Notes: generated by a model not told the origin, from the letters alone. A stretch of DNA of 63,966 nucleotides, filler included, from a bacterium (GCA_040757115.1; 7 parts of 7 records of this genome joined end to end with filler, not necessarily neighbours in it); one strand, 5' to 3'. Counted from the first letter of the whole stretch, positions 53,481 through 63,767 are shown. Program-made: numbers and translations.

Positions 53481-53546
53481 CTGACTATTTTCTATTATTT
53501 ATAGCATATCACTCATTGTTTGTCAACTAAAATTTTTAAATTTTTG

Positions 53547-53627
53547 TTGACAAGTTAGTTTATTTATGTTACCATTTGGTCGAAGTAAAATAAAACTGCT
53601 AATAGGCAAGATAATCTAAGGTTAGGC
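53547..53627 (+). promoter_or_regulatory. Promoter plus attI-like GTTAGGC core
   Basis: TTGACA-17-TACCAT (53547-53575); GTTAGGC at 53621-53627. Confidence 0.55.
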
Positions 53628-53640
53628 AAAAGGATAGAAA

Positions 53641-53838
53641 ATGCCAAGGAAGATTAGGGAGCTCATAAGAGATTTACAAAAAGCAGGTTTTGTTGACAGA
53701 GGTGGCAAAGGAGATCATCGTAACTTTACTCATCCAAATGTCACGAAGCCGATTACTATTTCAGGGAAAGAAGGCGATGACGCAAAGCACTATCAAGAAA
53801 AAGCTGTCCGCCTTGCCATAGAGGAGGCTAAGAAATGA
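53641..53838 (+). CDS. hicA: HicA-family toxin
   Basis: L..AGF...GKGDHR.F.HP. Confidence 0.9.
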   Translation: MPRKIRELIRDLQKAGFVDRGGKGDHRNFTHPNVTKPITISGKEGDDAKHYQEKAVRLAIEEAKK

Positions 53839-54074
53839 ATGAAGAATCTAGATATGTAAAGATTGTGGAGTGGTCTGATGAAGATGGGTGCTTCATAGGC
53901 AGTTGTCCAGAGCTTTTCTACGGAGGGTGCCATGGAGATAATGAATACAGGGTTTTCGACGAGTTATGCCAGATTGTAGCAGAAACGATAAGAATTTATC
54001 GACAGGATGGTAAACCGCTACCTTCTCCACTTTCTGGTAGAGAGTTGGTGAATACACTCCAGAAGGTTGCCTAA
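53835..54074 (+). CDS. hicB: HicB-family antitoxin
   Basis: WSDEDGCFIG.CPEL..CHGD; stop codon lies within GCCTAAC. Confidence 0.88.
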   Translation: MNEESRYVKIVEWSDEDGCFIGSCPELFYGGCHGDNEYRVFDELCQIVAETIRIYRQDGKPLPSPLSGRELVNTLQKVA

Positions 54075-54417
54075 CCAGGCGTTGCAGTGGACAGCGGGGA
54101 ACTGTGCCCTGATTGAAAGTTTTGTAAGCGTTCAGGTGGTGTAACAAAAGGAGATGTGGAGATTAAGGAGATAGGGAGATATTATTAAAAAAATTGAAAT
54201 TAATAGAAACTAATAGAAATTTATGGAAATTTGTTGTTTTCCACAATCAATTTCTACCTATTTCTATAAATTTCAATCTATTTCTATTATCTTATCTCCA
54301 TATCACTCTTATCTCCTTATCCCCTTTCTTACACTTTTGATATATAGCCTGAACGGTTACAAAGTTTTGTAGTATTTCAATGGGTAATTATGCTTACAAA
54401 GTTTATTGGATTATCAC
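54069..54417 (+). other. attC remnant interrupted by a family-A MITE
   Basis: 54069-54123 plus 54369-54410 align with the reverse complement of attC 38796-38928; R' is missing. Confidence 0.8.
54124..54360 (+). mobile_element. Family-A IS66-type MITE
   Basis: 237 bp; 8-bp TSD AAAGTTTT. Confidence 0.92.
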
Positions 54418-54989
54418 AGCCTACATTGCCAGAAGGCTGGCGGAAAGAGAAATCAATACGAAAAGATTTGTTTGAACTACCGCTCAAGGCAGATATGCAT
54501 CTTGTGGGTCATAACCCATAATTGATCGTTAAGATAAGAATCTCAGGCAGGAAAGAGTCTATAGAGATGGCTCTGGCGCGTTGTATCAGCTGTTTCATGT
54601 GAGGCAGGATTGCACGCAGGAGCCATTTGGACAAGATATTGTAGTGTTGAGTAAGTTTTGCACGGCGTATCATCAGATTTCATAACCTGCAAACGGATAA
54701 TTGGTAACTGGTAATTGGTTAAATAGTTTCGTCCTGAGCTCAGCCGGTAATTCCTCAGTTATCAGTGATAAAAACTAAATAGAAATTTTCTCTCGCAAAG
54801 ACGCAAAGTTCGCAAAGATTATAATTTATTCCTTTGCGTTCTTTGCGCCTTAGCGAGAAATTTAATCTTTATGCCTTTCTCCCATCAATAACTGTCCGAT
54901 TACCTCAGCCGAACGGTATTTAATTACCAGTTACCAATTACCAGTTACCAATCACCAGTTACCAGAATCGAATTCCGTGCGTTATTTGT

Positions 54990-55312
54990 TCAACACGACA
55001 TTAGGACCTGGTTTTCTGGAGAGCATCTATCACAATGCCTTGAAGGTTGAGTTTGCAAGACAGAACATCATCTTTGAATCAGAAAAAGAAGTCAAGATAT
55101 TCTATCAAGGTGTTGAGGTTGGGGTTCATAGACTTGATCTTTTTGTTGAAGATGAGATTGTGGTAGAGATTAAAACTGTTGAGGAGATAAGTGGGAAGTA
55201 TTATAATCAGGTTAGAGCATACATTAGAGCAGTGGATAAAGAAATAGGGTTACTGGTAAATTTCGCAGACTCTAGGATTGATGTCCGAAGGCTAGAGCAA
55301 GAAAAAGTTTGA
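54990..55312 (+). pseudogene. GxxExxY protein, N-terminally truncated
   Basis: LGPGFLESIY, RLDLFVE...VEIK, GLLVNF; the first ~20 codons are replaced by a repeat. Confidence 0.85.
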
Positions 55313-55480
55313 GCCATTTCTCCAATTCTCCTTTTTCCCCATTTCTCCTTGTTTACACTTCTAATGTATAGCCCTGAACGGTTACCAGGTTGAATTATTA
55401 CAAAGGATTAAAAATCAGTGTTTCATCCGTGTTTATCTGTGGCTGAATAATTACGCGTAGTTTCACTGGACATTGAACAA

Positions 55481-57811
55481 ATGACTCCATTAACCCAACT
55501 TACTTGCTTCTATATCCTGGGCATAATAATTGGGAACTTCATCGATATTCCTCTTTTTATTATTTTTATCGGGATAACTATCACTTTTCTCCTCACTTCC
55601 ATCTTCTTTATAAAAAAATTCCATTTCCCAACCAATATCTTTCTCCTTTTAAGCATAATATCGATAGGAGTATTGCTTCATGAGGGACATTCAAGATTTT
55701 TGTATTCTAACTCCCTGAATAAGTATGTTGGACATAAAGTAGTTTTAATTGGCGATGTTGCACAACCAGTAGAAATAACCGAAGATAGGATAAATTTAAT
55801 TATCCATACAGAAAAAGTTATAACGGATAAGGTGCTAAAAGTCAATGGGCTTGTTTTAGTAAATATTAAAAAAGAAAAGAAATGTAAATTTGAGTATGGC
55901 GATAAAGTCCAATTCAGGGGTAAATTAAAATTGTCCACTGGACTGCGAAATCCTTGTGGATTTGATTACCAGAAATATTTAGCCCGAAAGAAAATACACA
56001 TAGTTGTCTGGATTTATGAGCAGAAAGAGATTGTCAAATTAGGGCGAGGGAAATTTAATCCTATTTTTATGTTTGCCTACAAAATCAGAGATAAGGCAAG
56101 CAGTGTCATTTATAAAATTTTACCTGATAAACCGTTTGCCTGCGCCTCTCTTTTAGATGGTGTTTTATTAGGAAAACGCTCCCAGTTACCTGATGAAGTT
56201 GAAGGTTGGTTCAGGGATACAGGAACAATTCATATCTTAGCCATATCTGGTTTCAATGTGGGATTAATTGGATTAATATTCTTTTTTATTTTTCATCGGT
56301 TGATTTGTTTGCCAAAACGCACATCGTCAATTTTTACGCTCTTTGTGCTCATTATTTTTGCTATTGTGACCGGGGCAAGTCCCTCGGTTGTCCGCGCCGT
56401 GATTATGGCTGGAACAATCATCATTGGTTTAATTATCGACCGGGAAACAAATATTTACCATAACCTCGCTTTAGCGGCATTACTTGTTTTATTACATAAT
56501 CCCTTGACATTATTTGACATAGGATTCCAATTGTCTTTTGTTGCAGTTTTTAGTTTATTCTATTTTACCCCTTTTATTGAGCCAAAATTATGGTTTCTGC
56601 CAAAATATTTAGCCAAACTTATCGCTACCTCTGTTGCCGTCCAGATTGGTCTATCTCCTATCCTTATATTTTATTTTAATAAACTATCATTAATCACTGT
56701 TTTAGCCAACATAATTGTTGTCCCGTTAGTCAGCATCATATTAATTCTTGGTCTGGCAATAGCCTTTATCGGAATGATATTCATTCCGCTGGCTAATTTG
56801 ATTGGCATAGCTACTTCCTACATCATTACAAGTTTGTTGGTCTGTGTCTTTTTCTTTGCCCGGATACCCTATGCTTATATTTATCTTGCTACCCCAACCT
56901 TTTTCGATATTGGTAGTTATTACCTTATCTTATGGGCAATAACCAGGCATAAAAGGATTGGGACAACAAAGGTTATTATTGGGATTTTAATCTTAATTAA
57001 CATATTTTTATGGACCGGCGGGGTAGTAAAAAACTCATCCAGGATAATGAAGGTTACATTTCTGGATGTAGGTCAAGGAGATGCGATTTTCCTGGAGTTT
57101 CCTGAAGGCAGTAATATGCTCATAGATGGAGGACCATCGGGATTTTTTGATGCAGGCGAAAGGATTATTTTACCTTTCCTCACAAGTAAAGGGATATTAA
57201 ATTTAGATGTCGTCATTGTCAGTCATAATGACATTGACCATTATGGTGGCTTATTGTCGGTACTCAAGAATTTTAAAGTCAGAAAGTTTGTTCTGAGTAA
57301 TGGCATTGAAAACCAGGAATTATCCCGGATAATTAAAGAAAAAGGCATTTGTCATAAAGTGGTTAAAAGAGGTGACAAAATTAGCGGTTATCCAGGAATA
57401 GAAATTTATATCCTGCATCCTTCGGACATTATGGCTGAAAGTTCAGATAATAATAATTCAGTAGTAGTAAAAATATTGTTCAATAAAATAAGTTTTTTGT
57501 TTGCAGGAGATATTGAAAAAGAAGCACAAAAAAAATTATTGCCTTTTAAAGAAATGCTTTCTGCAATGGTATTGAAAATACCTCATCATGGAAGCAGAAA
57601 TGCTTATTACTCAGAATTTATCACGGAAGTCAATCCAGAAATAGGCATAATACAGGTAGGTAGAGATAATAGATTTAATTTTCCCCATAAAGAAGTTATA
57701 GCAGGTTATGAAAAAATAGGAACTAAAATTTATCAAACAGATATTCATGGGGCGGTAACTGTTAAGACCGATGGGGAAAAAATTTGGGTAAAAACAATAT
57801 ATTTCCAGTAA
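55481..57811 (+). CDS. comEC: Competence protein ComEC/Rec2
   Basis: NP.GFDY, HILAISG, GFQLSF, DVGQGD, SHNDIDH, PHHGS. Confidence 0.96.
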   Translation: MTPLTQLTCFYILGIIIGNFIDIPLFIIFIGITITFLLTSIFFIKKFHFPTNIFLLLSIISIGVLLHEGHSRFLYSNSLNKYVGHKVVLIGDVAQPVEITEDRINLIIHTEKVITDKVLKVNGLVLVNIKKEKKCKFEYGDKVQFRGKLKLSTGLRNPCGFDYQKYLARKKIHIVVWIYEQKEIVKLGRGKFNPIFMFAYKIRDKASSVIYKILPDKPFACASLLDGVLLGKRSQLPDEVEGWFRDTGTIHILAISGFNVGLIGLIFFFIFHRLICLPKRTSSIFTLFVLIIFAIVTGASPSVVRAVIMAGTIIIGLIIDRETNIYHNLALAALLVLLHNPLTLFDIGFQLSFVAVFSLFYFTPFIEPKLWFLPKYLAKLIATSVAVQIGLSPILIFYFNKLSLITVLANIIVVPLVSIILILGLAIAFIGMIFIPLANLIGIATSYIITSLLVCVFFFARIPYAYIYLATPTFFDIGSYYLILWAITRHKRIGTTKVIIGILILINIFLWTGGVVKNSSRIMKVTFLDVGQGDAIFLEFPEGSNMLIDGGPSGFFDAGERIILPFLTSKGILNLDVVIVSHNDIDHYGGLLSVLKNFKVRKFVLSNGIENQELSRIIKEKGICHKVVKRGDKISGYPGIEIYILHPSDIMAESSDNNNSVVVKILFNKISFLFAGDIEKEAQKKLLPFKEMLSAMVLKIPHHGSRNAYYSEFITEVNPEIGIIQVGRDNRFNFPHKEVIAGYEKIGTKIYQTDIHGAVTVKTDGEKIWVKTIYFQ

Positions 57812-58016
57812 CCGTTCAGGTGGTAACTTACCGCAGAGACGCAGAGGAACAGAGAAGACATAGAAATAAAGTAACTATTCAGCCACTGATTAACACGGAT
57901 TAGCACGGATAAAAAATAAAATCAGTGTTTCATCTGTGTCCATCTGTGGCTGAATAGTTATCAATAAATTTTAATTTTCTTCTCTGCGTCTCTGTGTCTC
58001 TGCGGTGAACGGTTAC
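57808..58016. mobile_element. Family-C MITE with a nested family-E MITE (57871-57960)
   Basis: GTAACCGTTCA TIRs; the comEC stop codon lies within the TIR. Confidence 0.75.
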
Positions 58017-58036
58017 CACTTATTAATCGAAATTTG

Positions 58037-58273
58037 GTAACCGTTCAGGCTATATATCAAAAGTGTAAGAAAGGGGATAAGGAGATAAGAGTGATATGGA
58101 GATAAGATAATAGAAATAGATTGAAATTTATAGAAATAGGTAGAAATTGATTGTGGAAAACAACAAATTTCCATAAATTTCTATTAGTTTCTATTAATTT
58201 CAATTTTTTTAATAATATCTCCCTATCTCCTTAATCTCCACATCTCCTTTTGTTACACCACCTGAACGCTTAC
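58037..58273 (-). mobile_element. Family-A IS66-type MITE
   Basis: 237-bp copy; no TSD seen. Confidence 0.9.
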
Positions 58274-58281
58274 CTTTTTTC

Positions 58282-58542
58282 TTACTGGGCTTTGCTAAAC
58301 TTATTGTATAACCAACCACATACCCAGAGGGTAATAAACCCATTTACAAACCCGTAGGCAAGACCAATGAGACTGCCAGGCCAATTAACACAGTATCCAA
58401 TGTAGAACTTGCCTAACAATTCAAGATGGTTACCTCCAGCAGGTGGCGGGGAGATAAGTAAAACCCAGATGGTGGCGATAAAAACTGTTAGTCCCCATAC
58501 GATACCGCCTGCTAATCCTAAGGCTACTTTATTTAGCTTCAT
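58282..58542 (-). CDS. Small two-TM membrane protein
   Basis: ALGLAGGIVWG..Y.GY....GS.IG..YGF..G; AAGGAGG SD. Confidence 0.75.
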   Translation of the reverse strand: MKLNKVALGLAGGIVWGLTVFIATIWVLLISPPPAGGNHLELLGKFYIGYCVNWPGSLIGLAYGFVNGFITLWVCGWLYNKFSKAQ

Positions 58543-58658
58543 TTTTTTCTCACCTCCTTTTTGCGACTGCATCATTTTTACATTACCACAATTCTTCAAT
58601 AATGTCAACTTATTTTTTTCTTGCAATAATTTTATATGTGTGCTATACTACAAAGGAA

Positions 58659-58873
58659 GATGAAAATTAAGGGGCTCGGGACTCGGGAATAAAAGAATCC
58701 CCGAGTCCCGAGTCCCGATTTTCAGGGGAAACGCTCATGAACCGTGGGTTCACAAACGAGGATGAAAATAGTAGGTAGGAGATAGAAGGGGGGAAGGAGA
58801 TAGGCGTGAGGAGTGATGTTTTCTTTACTTTCTACTTTCTACTCTCTACTTTCTACTTCCTTATTTTCAGGAG
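58659..58873. repeat. Family-D array upstream of alaS
   Basis: GATGAAAAT - cargo - full repeat (58718-58769) - cargo - ATTTTCAGGAG. Confidence 0.85.
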
Positions 58874-58880
58874 AGAATAA

Positions 58881-59013
58881 ATGACTGGAACAGAAATTCG
58901 CACAAAATTCTTAGATTATTTTAGCGCACTTGACCATACGATTAAAACAAGTGCCTCGCTGGTGCCGACTGACCCAACGGTTTTATTTACAATTGCCGGG
59001 ATGGTACCGTTTA
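58881..59013 (+). CDS. alaS: Alanyl-tRNA synthetase N-terminus (contig edge)
   Basis: EIR..FLDYF...H.....SLVP.DPT.LFT.AGM.PF. Confidence 0.9.
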
Positions 59014-59239
59014 NNNNNNNNNNNNNNNNNNNNNNNNNNNNNNNNNNNNNNNNNNNNTTAATTAATTAANNNNNNNNNNNNNNNNNNNNNNNNNNNNNNN
59101 NNNNNNNNNNNNNGAGGATGTTTTTTGAGAAAACAAATTATAATGTTGCAAAGAACGAGATTTTTTAGTATAATTATACTCAATAGATGTTCTTCTGGTG
59201 ATTGAAATAAGAAATTTCGTAACACAAATGCGTTGGGGG

Positions 59240-59336
59240 GGGGTCAATTTTCATTGCCAAATTTGATGGATTATTGGAGCCCCCTGGGTCAATTTTCAAT
59301 TGCCAAAAATGGCTCAGTTTTCAATTGCCATTGACA
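59240..59336. mobile_element. IS21-family end
   Basis: Three GGGTCAATTTTCA(A)TTGCCA-like repeats ending in TGACA. Confidence 0.7.
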
Positions 59337-59931
59337 AGTTGAGACGATAAGGAGATTAATCGCCTTTCTCTTGCATAATGATTTGCTAAGGAAAGGGAGT
59401 TTATTATTTTTTGTGGATGGAGCAAAGGATGGACATTCAGCAATAAAATCAATGTTTGGTTGGATACCATATAGAATTATTCTTGATTGGTATCATTTAG
59501 TTAAGAAGTGTGAAATGCAGTTAAGTCTTGGTTTAAAAAACAAGGGAATTCGGAATGAGATACTTAGGAAGGTAAGGGGTTATTTATGGGTAGGAAAGAT
59601 TGACCATGCGGTTAAGGTCTTGGGAGCGGTTGAAGAAAAGGATATTAAATCACAGGTAGCCATTGATTGCTTAATTAGTTATTTTGAGAGGAATCGAAGC
59701 TATATTCCTTGTTATGGACTCAGGAAAAGACTTGGGTTGCGAATATCCAGCAATAGAGGAGAGAAAGCAAATGATCTTGCTGTAGCGGATCGGCAAAAAC
59801 ATAATGGTATGAGTTGGAGTAAAAAAGGGTCAAGTGCTTTGGCTTCAGTTATTACCTTGCACCAAAACAATGAACAAGATAATTGGATTAAGAAGAGGCA
59901 GATACTCTTTGAGCTAAAAAAGGCTGCATAA
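59337..59931 (+). pseudogene. ISKra4/ISLre2-like transposase C-terminal fragment
   Basis: DGA, ILDWYHL, SS..E, RQKHNGMSWS. Confidence 0.7.
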
Positions 59932-59959
59932 ATAAAAAGGATAGACCTATTTCACAGAT

Positions 59960-60081
59960 TGTAAAATTTTGGTACCCCAAAACCTCGCTTCTGACAGACC
60001 CAGAAGTTAGTCTTGAATACTTACCTTATTATAATTATCGACACGATGCATCCTAAACTTTAGCTTCTTTCAGACACCACC
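59960..60081 (-). mobile_element. IS1 left-end remnant
   Basis: Near-identical to 44990-45110. Confidence 0.85.
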
Positions 60082-60234
60082 AAAAAAGAGGGATTAAAGG
60101 GAAAACAAAGACAGATATAGGCTAAAGAATAGGGTTAACGCAACTTTATACTAAATTGGTCATTTTGTCCTAAAACTTGTCATTTAAAAAAACGAAATAT
60201 CAATAATATCAATGGGTTAGAAAATTAAATATTT

Positions 60235-60532
60235 GTAATTGTTCACCGCAGAGACAAAAGAGTTCGCAGAGAAAAAAATTAAAATCTATGGACGAGACGC
60301 TTAACATCCCTGATTTTCATCAGGGCAATTTTAATGTTGTTGTACTCAAGAGATTACCCTGATGAAAATCAGGGATGGATTAACAAATCTGGCTTGCCTG
60401 CTGAACATTCGGCAAGCAGGTCCTATGTATTTCCATGTCTGTATCAATAATCTTTTATGTGATCTAATTTATTTCTATGTCTTCTCTGCGAACTCTTGCG
60501 TCTCTGCGGTAAAGGATTACCTGAACGGTTAC
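60235..60532. mobile_element. Family-C IS66-type MITE with an internal inversion
   Basis: GTAA..GTTCA TIRs; GxxExxY remnants; the NFNV segment is flipped between two CCCTGAT(TTTC/GAAA)ATCAGGG palindromes. Confidence 0.72.
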
Positions 60533-60629
60533 AAAAAATCCTTAACTTCTATATGGTAGTCTGACCCATTACGCGACAGGAGAAAATTTTATTGACATAA
60601 GATAAATTTTTTGGTAGAATATTTCTATA

Positions 60630-60812
60630 ATGAGCAGTTCTAAAATACTTCCAGTCAGAGATTCAAATACTCAAGGCGTAGAATATCTTGAAATAATAAT
60701 CACTAACGAAGGTAATCTACAAATTTTGCCAATGAGTAAAAATACACTTCCTTTTTTAGAAAACCTCCTTTTTCCGCAAGAGGTTAAAAATAAAAATATT
60801 TTGTGTGGGTAA
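60630..60812 (+). CDS. Small hypothetical protein
   Basis: Follows TTGACA-17-TAGAAT; ends ILCG*; directly precedes the ATPase. Confidence 0.55.
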   Translation: MSSSKILPVRDSNTQGVEYLEIIITNEGNLQILPMSKNTLPFLENLLFPQEVKNKNILCG

Positions 60813-60816
60813 AAAA

Positions 60817-62358
60817 ATGTTTCGCACTCTATGTGAAAAAGAGATTGATATTTTAATTCGTGCTCGTTACCCGGTGATTTATATTGTCAGTTATGAAGAA
60901 ACAAGGGTAATGAACTGTCTTAAGGAAATGGCAGAGCAGAGGAAAAAGCAGTTTTTTATCTGGTCCTGCACCCAGGGAATTCATAAATTAGAAACCCCGG
61001 TAAAAATCGATGAAGCCACCCGCGACCCCATCAATGCCTTAAATTATATCGAGCGTCAAACCTCTCCCGCCGTATTTATCCTCTTAGATTTTCACCACTA
61101 TTTAAATGACCACACGATTGTCCGCAAAATCAGAGACATGGTAGAAAATATGAAACATACCTACGAGAGTTTGATTATCCTTTCTCCAATTTTAAATCTT
61201 CCAGTAGAATTAGAAAAGGATATAGCCGTAGTTGATTTCGATTTACCAGATGAGAAGGATTTAAATAAATTACTGGATGAAATTATTGAAGTCATTAGCA
61301 AGTCTGGAGAGGTTAAGATTAATCTTATCTCTGAGGTAAAGGAAAAACTCATTAATGCCGCACTTGGGCTTACTTTAAATGAGGCAGAAAATGCCTTTGC
61401 CAGGGTGATTGTCGTTGACCAAACATTAGGGGCTGAAGATATTGAGCGGATTCTTGAAGAGAAAAAACAGGTTATCCGAAAATCAGGTTTGTTAGAATAT
61501 TATCATTCAACAGAGGTTATGGGAGATATTGGTGGATTAGAAAATCTTAAAGACTGGCTTGTAAAACGCTCGGTGGCTTTTACCTCCAATGCCAAAGAAT
61601 TTGGTTTGCCTCAGCCAAAAGGAATTTTATTAATCGGAGTTCAAGGTTGTGGCAAAAGTCTTACGGCTAAGGCAGTTGCCGGGCTCTGGAAATTGCCGCT
61701 TCTTCGCTTTGATGTTGGCAGGGTATTCTCCGGTATTGTGGGTTCATCTGAAGATAATATGCGCCGAGCAATCAGAACCGCAGAATCAATTGCTCCGGTA
61801 ATCCTCTGGATAGATGAAATAGAAAAAGCCCTTTCTGGTGTGCAAAGCTCCTCCTTTTCGGATGCAGGCACTTCAGCCAGAGTATTTAGTACCTTTCTCA
61901 CCTGGCTACAAGAAAAAACTAAACCGGTATTTGTTATTGCTACGGCTAACAATATCAGCCTTCTTCCACCTGAATTGTTACGAAAAGGACGCTTTGATGA
62001 AATATTCTTTGTTGATTTACCAACCTATGAAGAAAGGCAGGATATTTTTGCCATTCATATTAAAAAGAGAAACCGTAAAGTAGAAACCTTTGATTTTGAA
62101 CTCCTCGCAAAAGAATCAGAAGGATATAGTGGAGCAGAAATTGAACAGGCGGTAATTTCGGGTCTTTTTGATGCCTTTGTCTTAAAAAGAGACCTGATTA
62201 CGGAAGATATTTTAAAGAGTATTAAAGAGACAATACCGCTTTCTCAAACGATGCGTGAGGCAATTGAAGACTTAAGAAACTGGGCAAAAACAAGAACACG
62301 ATTTTCAAGTATTCAAAAACAACCATTAGAATCTAAAGGAAGAAGGATAGAATTGTGA
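60817..62358 (+). CDS. Ycf46-like AAA ATPase
   Basis: [43 protein letters not shown]. Confidence 0.9.
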   Translation: MFRTLCEKEIDILIRARYPVIYIVSYEETRVMNCLKEMAEQRKKQFFIWSCTQGIHKLETPVKIDEATRDPINALNYIERQTSPAVFILLDFHHYLNDHTIVRKIRDMVENMKHTYESLIILSPILNLPVELEKDIAVVDFDLPDEKDLNKLLDEIIEVISKSGEVKINLISEVKEKLINAALGLTLNEAENAFARVIVVDQTLGAEDIERILEEKKQVIRKSGLLEYYHSTEVMGDIGGLENLKDWLVKRSVAFTSNAKEFGLPQPKGILLIGVQGCGKSLTAKAVAGLWKLPLLRFDVGRVFSGIVGSSEDNMRRAIRTAESIAPVILWIDEIEKALSGVQSSSFSDAGTSARVFSTFLTWLQEKTKPVFVIATANNISLLPPELLRKGRFDEIFFVDLPTYEERQDIFAIHIKKRNRKVETFDFELLAKESEGYSGAEIEQAVISGLFDAFVLKRDLITEDILKSIKETIPLSQTMREAIEDLRNWAKTRTRFSSIQKQPLESKGRRIEL

Positions 62359-63038
62359 ATGATAACACCTCTCGGTTTCAAAAATTAGAACACGGAACAA
62401 TAACTGGTGTTTTCAAAAAGGCAATTCAAAAGTTAAAACGGTTTGAACGCCTTGAAGTTAATGGACATAAGATTAAAATAGAAAATGAAGAAATAAGTAA
62501 CCTTATCTTTTGTCCAAAGTGTCAGAGAAATAATCCCAAAGATAGATTATACTGTTTGTATTGCGGACATGTTTTTGAAAAGATAGCAGAAAAGACTACC
62601 GCGGATGACCTTAAACCATACCAGATAAGATGTCCAGGGTGTAGTAGAATCTGTGTTTATACCCAGACAAATTGTATTTACTGTGGGTTTAATTTTAGAC
62701 CAGAACAAGAAGAAAAAAGGCGTGGAAGGGAAAAAGAGCCCTCATCAGAAAATAAGGTTATCACAGTCAATATTGATGGTAAAGTCTATCGTTCTACCGA
62801 TGAAATCATTCCATCGGATGTAAAACAATTAATGGGTAGGATTAAAAATGAAGGCTATTCACAAGAATTAATTGATAGATGGATTAGGGAAAAAAAAGAG
62901 GCGAGATTAGAAAAAAGAAGGTCTTTAGAAAAAAGGGTATTTGAGTTAAAGCAACAAATTGTTTGGCGAACAATCATAGCCATTGGTTTTATTTTGTTTC
63001 TCATAATTAGTATCATTTTAAGGCTTGGAAATTATTAA
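62355..63038 (+). CDS. Double zinc-ribbon protein with a C-terminal TM helix
   Basis: Four CxxC motifs; hydrophobic C-terminus. Confidence 0.75.
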   Translation: MNDNTSRFQKLEHGTITGVFKKAIQKLKRFERLEVNGHKIKIENEEISNLIFCPKCQRNNPKDRLYCLYCGHVFEKIAEKTTADDLKPYQIRCPGCSRICVYTQTNCIYCGFNFRPEQEEKRRGREKEPSSENKVITVNIDGKVYRSTDEIIPSDVKQLMGRIKNEGYSQELIDRWIREKKEARLEKRRSLEKRVFELKQQIVWRTIIAIGFILFLIISIILRLGNY

Positions 63039-63122
63039 TAAAGGCTAACTATTCAATCACTGATTGACACAGATTAGCACGGATAAAGATAGAGGTCAGA
63101 GGATAGAGGTCAAAGGACAGAT

Positions 63123-63349
63123 TAGGATTCTGCAAAATAGGATTTGGGGGAGACAATAAATAAATATCAAATATCAAAGGCAAAGATAGTAGATAGTAGA
63201 TAGTTGATAGTTGAAGGACTATAGACTATAGACTATAGACTATAAACTATAAACCATAAACTATAAACCATAAACTATAAACTATAAACCATAAACTATA
63301 AACTATAAACCATAAACTATAAACTATAAACGAGTTTTGCAGAACTCTA
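63123..63349. repeat. MITE-like shell with a long heptamer tandem repeat
   Basis: TTCTGCAAAA / TTTTGCAGAA ends; about 16 CTATA(G/A)A / CCATAAA units facing GATAGT(A/T) units. Confidence 0.75.
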
Positions 63350-63368
63350 ACAATAAGGAGAGATAAAT

Positions 63369-63767
63369 ATGTCATCACATGGAGGAATAATTGTTTATTT
63401 TATTAGAAATGTTGCCCAGTTAATAGAAACAATTAAGGATTTACAACTAACTTATCAACAGATGGAGAATCTAAAAATGCAGACTACTGACGGCAAGATT
63501 CATAATGTTGAGGTCATTGTCAAGGACGAAAATAATCGCCAGATTGGTTTTCAGAAACAAAATGACGGCACTTATAAAATTATTGCTGATTCTACTGGTT
63601 TGACCGCGGAACAATTAAAAAAACAACAGATGTGCATTAACAAAATAAAACAACACTATGCCTACAATGTGGTCATTCAGGAGTTAAAAAAACAAGGCTA
63701 TCAATTAGTTGAAGAAAAAAAGGTTGAAAAGAATACTCTTAAACTTATCGCCAGAAGGTGGATATAA
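63369..63767 (+). CDS. DUF1257-family protein
   Basis: IGF.KQ.DGTY..IAD, IKQ.YAY..V...K.QGY...EE; near a Ycf46-like ATPase. Confidence 0.8.
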   Translation: MSSHGGIIVYFIRNVAQLIETIKDLQLTYQQMENLKMQTTDGKIHNVEVIVKDENNRQIGFQKQNDGTYKIIADSTGLTAEQLKKQQMCINKIKQHYAYNVVIQELKKQGYQLVEEKKVEKNTLKLIARRWI

